Assembly (NCBI RefSeq): GCF_006345805.1
Contig: NW_021825646.1
Coordinates: 1 to 14,937, forward strand
From: Octopus sinensis
Lineage: Eukaryota
DNA: 14,937 bases
Reading direction: 5' to 3'
Shown: positions 1 through 8,513 of the stretch, one piece after another
How the letters are laid out: each line of letters begins with the position of its first letter
Numbering within the stretch: position 1 is the first letter of the stretch
Notes under the pieces: generated by a model
What the model saw: only the letters and a program-made list of their open reading frames with translations
Databases searched by the model: none
What the model was told of the DNA's origin: nothing
Program-made: the position numbers and the translations under genes

Positions 1-199
1 CCACAACCGCTTGAGAACCGGTGTAAGCGCGCTTACGTTCCCGTAACCTAGCAGTTCGGCAAAAACGATAGAATAAGTATCAAGCTTGAAAGAAAAAAAA
101 GTATATAAGTAGTAGCGTCGATTCGTTCAACTAAAATTCTTGAAGACTGTGCTCCAGTATGGGCGTAATCTAATGACTGAAACATAAAAAAAATAAAAG
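1..199 (+). mobile_element. 3' half of a tRNA-derived SINE (truncated by the window edge)
   Basis: It aligns in-window with 1705-1908: ccgcttgagaaccggtgt..ttacgttcccgtaacctagcagttcg vs tacttgaaaaccggtgt..ttacgtccccgtaacttagcagttcg, and gctccagtatgg..aatgactgaaac vs gccccagtatgg..aatgagggaaac. It ends in an A-rich tail. Confidence 0.8.
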
Positions 200-534
200 G
201 TAACTATTTCTAAAGTTAAAAGGATTATAGTGTCATTTGGCTTCTATTTATAGAAGGTCAAGCTCTCACGCTCCTTAAGAATAGTGAACATCCTTATACT
301 CCGGAAATAAATGAGAGCATTATTAAACAAATTTTTGTTGTATTTAACACGCTAAATTAAGATATTACTTTCTGAATATTCCCTTATCGGAACAAAAAGC
401 AATATACACTAATTGGTTGACAAACGAGTACGCCTCTACACGTTTGCTTCATTTACTTCGTGAGATGTACTCAGATTATCGACACTCAATTAGAATACAA
501 TTAACTGACTTCCTTAATATGCTCTTTTATTAAT

Positions 535-755
535 CTTTTATTTTATTTTTGCATGTTTCAGTCATTGGACTGCGGCCATTTCGAGACATTGTCTGGAATG
601 TACTTATGTTTTTCTTCATTCAGACTGACTTATTATTCCATCGGTTTTCAATCAGTGGTGAGGGACAAACACAAGCACACACACACACAAATATACAAAG
701 ATAAATATAGATATATAAATACACATATATCTACATGTATCTAAACACTCACTCG

Positions 756-789
<34 letters not shown>

Positions 790-1080
790 CAAATATGTAT
801 TTATGAACATATATATATATATATACATACAAATATGTATTTATGAACATATATATATATATATGTACTTTTATGCATATACATATGTGCAAATACACAC
901 ACACATATATATACACATATAAATACATGTATATATGTATATTTCACGGGCTTTCACAGAGTTTCCGCAAACTAAATTTACTCATAAGGCTATAGCAGGA
1001 GACATTTCCTCAAGGTGTTGCGCACCAGAACTGAACCCAAAATCACTTGATTCGAAAGTGAGCTTCTTGAACACACACCA
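535..1080 (-). mobile_element. Near full-length, internally deleted SINE with a central microsatellite
   Basis: The minus strand has a head at 1080-943 with box B GGGTTCAGTTC (1038-1028) that aligns with the plus head at 1158-1315, including aaatgtctcct.ctatag and g.aaact..g.aagc. It continues through a TA/CA microsatellite (about 700-940), a body segment tgtgtttgtccctcaccactgattgaaaaccgatg (about 690-635), the 3' motif atggccgcagtccaatgactgaaac (580-555) and an A-rich tail. Confidence 0.75.
790..864. repeat. Two-copy ~40-bp tandem duplication inside the SINE microsatellite
   Basis: caaatatgtatttatgaacatatatatatatatat occurs at 790 and at 830. Confidence 0.85.
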
Positions 1081-1157
1081 ATTTCATCTGCACAGCGATT
1101 AATAATGATCCATTGCTTAAAAAAATTCTTGTTTAGGGAATTTACTGATATATAAAT

Positions 1158-1908
1158 AGGCGCAAGTGTGGCTAAGCTTGTTTCCAAATCACATGGTTTT
1201 CGGTTCAGTCCCAGTACGAGGCAACTTTGGGCAAATGTCTCCTACTATAGGCTCGGTCCGACCAAAGCCCCGTGAATGGATCTGGTAGACGGAAACTGAA
1301 AGAAGCTTGTCGTACCCTCACACACACACACACACACACACACAACACACACTTAATTCAGAATTCATCACAGCTAACCAACGAACGGACCGTGAAACTC
1401 TGAGTTACAGTCTATGAAGATTTTACAGCTTTAATAAAAGCACATACATACATACATATATACATACATACATACATACGTTAAAGAACGATGTTATTCT
1501 TAGTGGCCGGTAGCGTAAAAGACGCATAGGCAAAATTCATGATTATATATAAGATATATATATACATATTCATAGATACTAGGCTAGCGTAAAAGGACCT
1601 GCTTCGCTAAAAATAGAAGTCAAAATACTTCTAAGCCAGAGAAGAATCACTAAATTAATACAAGCTTGACAGGAAAAAATGTGCATCTGTTTGGTTCCTG
1701 TGTTTGTCCACTACCACCGCCACCACTACTTGAAAACCGGTGTTAGTGTGTTTACGTCCCCGTAACTTAGCAGTTCGAGAAAACAGAACGATACAATAAG
1801 CAACACGATTAAAAAATAAAAAAAAATTACTGGGGTCAACACAGTCGCCGAAAAATTATTCAAACCGATGCCCCAGTATGGCCACAGTCGAATGAGGGAA
1901 ACACGTAA
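1158..1908 (+). mobile_element. Full-length SINE interrupted in its central microsatellite
   Basis: The head starts aggcgcaagtgtggctaagc (degenerate box A, about 1169) and has box B ggttcagtccc at 1202-1212. (CA)n follows at 1317-1352, then about 330 bp of unrelated sequence. The 3' half (1680-1908) is homologous to 1-199. Confidence 0.75.
1381..1411 (+). ncRNA. 5'-truncated minimal hammerhead ribozyme remnant (family B)
   Basis: ACGA-acg(gac)cgt-GAAA-ctc(t)gag-TT-acagt. The CUG of the core and the 5' strand of stem I are missing. It is homologous to 2505-2536. Confidence 0.55.
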
Positions 1909-2421
1909 CACATAATCACGTGTAATTAGTCAAATTAGAAGCATAAAATTATATCTAAAGAATTTCCATAGCGGGTTAAATTAACAATACTTCGCTTAAC
2001 AATACTTATTAATTATAAAAAACAAACTCATGTGCCATGTACAATTAATCACATGTGTACAAAGAGCATAATTGTATTTATACATACACAGTCAAAAATA
2101 GTACCGAAATATGTTACATTGTATAGACAATATGTATTAAATAAGCATTGTTTGGTTGCATAATTGCGTGTATTTATGTGCTTATAGAATTAATAAAATA
2201 GATATATAAATGTTTGAAAGAATGATAAAAGCATTTGTCATCACCTGTTGTAAGGGGAAAAAAGAAGATAATTAAAGTTGTATGGAAAGAATGAGAGAAC
2301 GAAATTAATATTAACAATTACAGTTGCAAACGAATGTTTTAACAAAAGAAAGTGTATGTTGAAATGATTGAACCTACCTACAAACGTATATGCATTACCC
2401 ACGCTTCATATATACATACAT

Positions 2422-2466
<45 letters not shown>

Positions 2467-2496
2467 AGTATTTTAGTAAAGCCGAAACAAACTTCT

Positions 2497-2536
2497 ACTG
2501 TCTGACGAACGGTCACGTGAAACTCTCACTAACAGT
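2497..2536 (+). ncRNA. Minimal type-I hammerhead ribozyme motif (family B)
   Basis: actgt-CTGACGA-acg(gtca)cgt-GAAA-ctctcac-TA-acagt. Stem I is a perfect 5 bp (actgt/acagt), stem II is 3 bp, and CUGANGA/GAAA/UH are intact. Stem III is reduced to the A15.1-U16.1 pair. Confidence 0.7.
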
Positions 2537-2734
2537 TTAAGAAGTATGTTCGGTTTTAACAAACTAGTATTTTACTCTGCCTTTGGTATTCGAGTACTAT
2601 TTTTCCATCCTGTTTTGCTTCTATGGTCTTACTGTGTATGTGTGTGAGTGTGCGTGCGCATGTGTATACATGCACCTTTTGTATGAATACACCTATTGTA
2701 TGAATACGCAGACATACACACATATGCCTATATG

Positions 2735-2806
2735 TAGGTGTAGAAAAAACTAAGGCGGTAACACGTTTGCTTTCAACCACGAGGTGATGGGTTCAGTTCC
2801 ACTGCA
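2735..2806 (+). mobile_element. SINE head fragment
   Basis: gtttgctttcaaccacgaggtgatgggttcagttccactgc parallels gcttgtttccaaatcacatggttttcggttcagtcccagtac at 1177-1217. Box B-like sequence at 2789-2800. Confidence 0.6.
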
Positions 2807-2969
2807 TTTGACGAATATTAACTACATGCGTATGAAACAGCTAGTCAAAAAGCTTTTTGGAAGTTTAAATATATATATATATTAATGTATATACATACAT
2901 ACATACATACATACATACATACATACTTCATTTACCAATAATATAAATACAGGCAAAACTTTAAAAACA

Positions 2970-3012
2970 CATTTCTGATGAAACTACAGTAGTAGTTAAA
3001 AGCGCTAATATG
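2970..3012 (+). ncRNA. Minimal hammerhead motif (family A) with a G12>A core mutation, probably inactive
   Basis: cattt-CTGATGA-aactac(agta)gtagtt-AAAA-gcgc-TA-atatg. Stem II is a perfect 6 bp, but GAAA reads AAAA at 2998-3001. Confidence 0.7.
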
Positions 3013-3083
3013 AAGAAATAATATGTGATATGTAAATAAAAATATACTTTTACAACCATCCAGCATTCTGAACACCTTTTTTC

Positions 3084-3090
<7 letters not shown>
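2970..3090 (+). mobile_element. ~120-bp hammerhead-bearing repeat unit (family A; putative Penelope-like pLTR fragment), solo copy
   Basis: It differs at only a few positions from each arm of the 5755-5996 palindrome and ends in ctttca directly against a (TA)n tract. Confidence 0.8.
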
Positions 3091-3129
<39 letters not shown>

Positions 3130-3401
3130 TATTATATACGTATGTATTTTACGTATGTATGCGAGTGCATGTCATTACACAGTTGTGTATGTTAACATGT
3201 TTGTATAGTGCGACCTGAAATCTTTAAAAATAAAAAAACAATTAATAAAAACTGCCTCTGCCTTTATCCATAGATATAGCGGTGACACGAAAGACAGCGT
3301 GTGAAAATTGGAAATAGATATCAAAGTAATTGCATAGGTCCATAAAAATTAGCTACAACATTATTTAAGATGCTCATTCATGCTGCTAAACAAATAAAAA
3401 C

Positions 3402-3404
<3 letters not shown>

Positions 3405-3458
<54 letters not shown>
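3405..3458. repeat. Perfect (TA)27 microsatellite
   Basis: Read directly; it produces the YIYIYI artefact in ORF 3370..3660. Confidence 0.95.
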
Positions 3459-3460
<2 letters not shown>

Positions 3461-3632
3461 ATATTTTTGAGTGTTTCACAGTTGAAACACTCCTGTCACA
3501 ACCTGGGGAACTTGAAGACTGCATTAATGCAAGAAAGTATACTAGTCCCTTAATATTTTATATTCAACATTTCATCTATTCAATAAGACAATACTTCATT
3601 TCATTTTACCATATACATATTATTTATACTAT

Positions 3633-3688
3633 ATTGATTGATTCTAGTTTCATCTCATGAGCTGTGGCCATGCTGGGGCACCGCCATT
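3633..3688 (-). mobile_element. Short non-LTR retroelement 3'-end fragment with an (AATC)n tail
   Basis: The minus strand reads aatggcggtgccccagcatggccacagctcatgagatgaaactagaatcaatcaat. It shares the ccagYatggcc.cag...tgaaac motif with the SINE 3' ends in this window. Confidence 0.6.
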
Positions 3689-3962
3689 CTATATTCTACA
3701 TTAATATTATAAAGAATATAAATAAAACATAAAAAACAGAGTTGGAATTTCTTTGAATAATATATATGGATATATACATATATTTATATCTATATATATC
3801 TTTATACATACACACACATATATATATATATATATATCTTTATATAAAATTTGTCAGTTTGTTGATCTAATGTTTTCTCCATTTTCTGATTATTTAAATT
3901 TATAATCTGTATCTGTATACATGAACATATACATACATATGTATGTGTGTGTATTATGTATA

Positions 3963-3990
<28 letters not shown>

Positions 3991-3993
<3 letters not shown>

Positions 3994-4067
3994 GGCGATG
4001 CCCCAGCAAATGGCGGTGCCCCAGCATGGCACAGCTCATAAGCTGAAACAGAATCAATCAATCAATC
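3991..4067 (+). mobile_element. Short non-LTR retroelement 3'-end fragment with a duplicated head and (AATC)n tail
   Basis: tatggcgatgccccagca followed by aatggcggtgccccagcatggcacagctcataagctgaaacagaatcaatcaatcaatc. It is an inverted copy of 3633-3688. Confidence 0.6.
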
Positions 4068-4068
4068 A

Positions 4069-4099
<31 letters not shown>

Positions 4100-4135
4100 T
4101 ATACATATATATATTACAACAAATATACATATGTA

Positions 4136-4187
<52 letters not shown>

Positions 4188-4529
4188 CATATATAATCTC
4201 TAATTCGAATAGGAAGTCAACAGATATGAAACATGAATGAAGTAAAAGTTTATATTATATACAATCGCATATGCGAAAATTTGGAGATATCTGCTTGACA
4301 GCCAACGACACACACGATGCTTCTGAATGTCTGATTATAATTTCAACATTTTAGTTTTATAATCCTCTTCACTAAATTTTTTAAAATACGTTTTGTGCGC
4401 ATTAGAAGGTATGTGTTTAGATAAGTATATGAAAACATGCACATTTATAGATACAAATTATACACACACAAATACAAATATATAAAACTGTACTACAGTT
4501 ATACATATATGTAAATATGTCATATATGG

Positions 4530-4706
4530 ACAAATATATATATATAAGTATATACAAATAATACTAGCTATACATACATATGCAATTATATAAGTTTAAA
4601 CAATATATATATATACATATATGTATACATGTATATATATATACATATGTATATACTCAAATATATAATACATGTATATATATATTTTTTTTTTAAGGAT
4701 TTAAGG

Positions 4707-4760
<54 letters not shown>

Positions 4761-4965
4761 ATACTCACACAATTATATAATACGTCCATATATATATATA
4801 TGCAAGTGTGTGTGTATAAGCATATTTGTACATTACGAATACATGCAAATACACAAATTTATATATGTATATATATATAATATATATATATAGATGCACG
4901 CTCACTATCATATATATATATATATATATATAGATAGATAGATAGATGCATACATACATGCATAG
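4530..4965. repeat. Compound TA/TACA/GATA low-complexity tract including a perfect (TA)n at 4710-4753
   Basis: Read directly. Confidence 0.9.
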
Positions 4966-5606
4966 AAAAACCAAAATGTCGCCTGTATATGCTATGCCAA
5001 AATATGCAAGAGTTTGCCAGAGAGAGAGAGAGAGAAAGAGGGAGAGGGAGAAATGCTGGACGACATGAAAGACCACTTGTTCTGTGATATGGTCACCTAG
5101 AACCGCTTTCATGGTTGTCTCGGATCAGGAAATGTCAAACTATTATTGACTTTTCAATCGTATTAAGGGCACTCGATAAATATTTGTCTTCCAGGCATGG
5201 CTGTATGTTTAAGATGTTCGTTTTTGTAAACACGTGCATCCAGATTCGTTCACAAGAAATGATAACTTCAACACATACCATATACACCCCACGTTATATA
5301 ACAAAAACAAACATAAACAAAGTGATGATATATAATGTAAAATAATACATAATAACCAAAATAATATAAAAATAAAGATTCCTATGTCGATAACTGAAGA
5401 TGATCTGGGCAGCGTTATTCAATAAATAACATCAATGTTTACATGAATAAAACATCGTTCATTAAGAGGTATGTTTAATGAAACTTATTAATGATATTAG
5501 CAAGAATAACATCTCATTGAAAAAGTATGAGTCATTTTTTTTAACAGAAGCGCAAAACATTAAATACAAGAACACACATGTAGAGTTATGAAGGCATACA
5601 TACATC

Positions 5607-5645
<39 letters not shown>

Positions 5646-5687
5646 TATATATAGAAATGAAGTTGAATAAATATATATAATATTATA

Positions 5688-5726
<39 letters not shown>

Positions 5727-5834
5727 TGTTGGGGGTGATGTACAGATTTAATACATATGAAAGAAAAAAGGTGTTCAGAATGCTGGATGGTTGTAAAAAT
5801 ATATTTATTATTTACATATCACATATTATTTCTT

Positions 5835-5876
5835 CATATTAGCGCTTTCATCTACTCCTGTAGTTTCATCAGACAT
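5835..5876 (-). ncRNA. Minimal hammerhead motif (family A), minus strand, all core nucleotides intact
   Basis: The minus strand reads atgt-CTGATGA-aactac(agga)gtagat-GAAA-gcgc-TA-atatg. Stem I is AUGU/AUAU (4 bp with one G-U), stem II has one A-A mismatch, and stem III/loop is the palindrome AGCGCU. Confidence 0.75.
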
Positions 5877-5916
5877 TTCTGATGAAACTACAGGAGTAGT
5901 TGAAAGCACTAATATG
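5874..5916 (+). ncRNA. Minimal hammerhead motif (family A), plus strand
   Basis: cattt-CTGATGA-aactac(agga)gtagtt-GAAA-gcac-TA-atatg. Stem II is perfect and the core is intact; the stem III palindrome is broken (gcgc>gcac). Confidence 0.75.
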
Positions 5917-6589
5917 AGGAAATTAATATGTGATATGTAAATAAATATATATTTTTACAACCACCCAGCATTGTGAACGCATTTTCTCTTTCATATATAT
6001 ATAAATGAATTTAGAAGAAATGATGGAATTGTTATCTTATATATATATATATATATATAATATATATATATATACATGTACCCTTCATAAAATTTTCTAA
6101 TATGCTTTGTACGATATATCGATGTCCATACATGCACATACAAATATTCACATGTGCTTGTGCAGACAAAGATATGTAATAAATATACATACTCATGTAC
6201 AAGCATACCTACAAACGTGTACACACACACTATAAATGCACGTACAAAGGGTTACATGCAGACGTATATGTATTAAGTCACACATTTTACTTATATTACA
6301 ATTATCAATTGTATAAGCATTCTAAATATTACCTAAAAACATCGGTCTCACAGGCATATACCTTATAAATATAGACACACACACACACGCATATATATAC
6401 ATGGGGGTAGCAAGTTCCGTGGTGGAGGGGCAGTGAAAATGGATCCTCCGTCAGCTGTCTAATTTGTGGGAAACAAACAAGAACAATAAATTTATGGTGA
6501 ATATATTTGAAATTCCCTGTGGCTGATGTGAACTCCTCATCTATCGGATTTTCCATATGATATGGGCCGTACATTCATAAACACACACA

Positions 6590-6593
<4 letters not shown>

Positions 6594-6620
<27 letters not shown>

Positions 6621-6630
6621 GATTGATATA

Positions 6631-6708
<78 letters not shown>
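6594..6708. repeat. Long interrupted (TA)n microsatellite
   Basis: Read directly; perfect run at 6633-6680. Confidence 0.95.
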
Positions 6709-6713
<5 letters not shown>

Positions 6714-7055
6714 ATGGGGGAAGGTGTTCTTGTCGTAGGCATCAGTATATTTGTGTGATTAATCCTTTCATTAGCGTATTCCTGTAGAAATAGACTGAAT
6801 TTTCTTGCATTTAATTTACCAAATAAAAGAGAATGTAAGAAAATAAAATTATTATTACTGCTTTGTATTATGAACAAAAATAAGCAGGAAACTTTATGGA
6901 TTTTGATTTAGATGAATCTACGATTGGAACAATAATTTTTCATCGAAGACCCACGGGCCATCGATAACAGCTTCATCTCCGGAACGGCTAATAATCTTTT
7001 GAGCTTGGAAAAGTGACACTATACAAAGCACATTGACATATTACTACATACATAT

Positions 7056-7089
<34 letters not shown>

Positions 7090-7639
7090 CGCGAGTGTAT
7101 ATTAAAACTTCCATATGTATTCATGTGTGTTTCTATGTCCGATTGTTGAAGTCCCACTGCTTATCTTCAGCGAAAATTTGATTATGTCTATAGTCATTTT
7201 AGTCGATATTTCCGACCTCTCTGCAATTTCGAAAGCCTGTGTAATACGATTTTTCCTCTTAAGAAACAGATAAGTATCAGTGGCAGAAAGAAGATCGACT
7301 TGGAAGATGCTGCCAGGAACAAGTTACAATCTAATCCATTCTAAATTGGAAAGACAAATGTTAATCTGTATTACATATATAAATATGTTTTTGCGTGTGT
7401 ATATACGCATGGATATTAGACAATAACAGAGCTGGAAGTGACTCCGAAATTATTTTACTGTATATAAGTTGCGGAAAGTATGAAATCCACATTGAGACAT
7501 CTTCATTTTTCAGCTAGAATATTTTAAATATGTATATATGTACATTATATATATATGTGTGTGTGTGTATGTAATAAAACATAAGTTTTAACATATATGT
7601 TTGTTCTGTATATAGACGCACACTCAATAATGTGTGTGT

Positions 7640-7648
7640 GTATATCTG

Positions 7649-7692
<44 letters not shown>

Positions 7693-8100
7693 TATATCTA
7701 TAGATTTTTCTAATCTGTAGATGTGTGAACGATGTATATGAAAGGCTACATATAATATATATATATATGTGTATATATATATATATTTGTATATATATAT
7801 ATATGACATATATACACATATATATGGATATATATATAATACATATATATACATATATATATATGTGTATATATATATATTTGTATATTATATATACATA
7901 TATATACACATATATATGTATATATATATATATACATATATATGTATATATAACATATTATATGTATATATATACATATATATACACATAGTTATGTATA
8001 TATATACATATATATGTATATATATACACATAGTTATGTATATATATACACATATTCATATATGTATATATATATATACATACATATATATGCATAAAAG
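7640..8100. repeat. ~460-bp degenerate (TA)n/TATG/TACA satellite with a 42-bp higher-order duplication
   Basis: cacatagttatgtatatatatac occurs at 7985 and at 8027. Four overlapping YIY ORFs are artefacts of this tract. Confidence 0.9.
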
Positions 8101-8471
8101 TATATACATTCAATTAATATACTTGAATCACACTGCGTTATAATATATACATAAGTGCCGTATATGTATCTCATATATACGCCATTACCACACACACACT
8201 CTCTATATATGTACTTAGTATTATATTTATATAAGTTTAGTAAGATCCAATGCACGAAGCTCTTAGCATTTGAGTGACTGTGTTGCTTCTGCTAAATTTA
8301 AATAAAATATATACATACATACACTCATGTATTGAGTTCTATTTCTGTCTACTTCACCAAACCTATATATTTATGTATATGATTTTATCATAAGTTTACT
8401 GCTTTGATATATTTCATTATACCAGTGTGTACACGCTCTTTTTGCATATATATTCATTCTAGTGTTAATTA

Positions 8472-8513
8472 ATTATCAGCATTCGGACATGCATGTGGCC
8501 CTCTTCAGATACC
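8472..8513 (-). ncRNA. Decayed hammerhead-like motif
   Basis: The minus strand reads ggtat-CTGAAGA-gggccacatgcatgtcc-GAAT-gc-TG-ataat. Stem II and a 3-bp stem I can form, but there are two core deviations (A15.1>U, H17=G). Confidence 0.35.

Larger units (their letters stand above)
5755..5996. repeat. ~240-bp imperfect palindrome made of two head-to-head family A units
   Basis: Arms 5755-5873 and 5878-5996 are reverse complements with about 11 differences (manual count) around a 4-nt centre (catt, 5874-5877). Confidence 0.92.

Noticed and set aside
553-1911. ORFs 553..744, 990..1187 and 1726..1911
   Set aside because: They lie largely within SINE copies and are non-coding.
7164-7170. Minus-strand CTGAAGA
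   Set aside because: There is no downstream stem II plus GAAA; it is a chance heptamer.
7514-8255. Overlapping 63-131 aa ORFs rich in Y/I/M/C/H (also 2352, 3370, 3802, 3947, 4629, 4765, 5991, 6632, 11638, 12289, 12380)
   Set aside because: These are translations of (TA)n/(CA)n/(TG)n tracts, which lack stop codons by construction.
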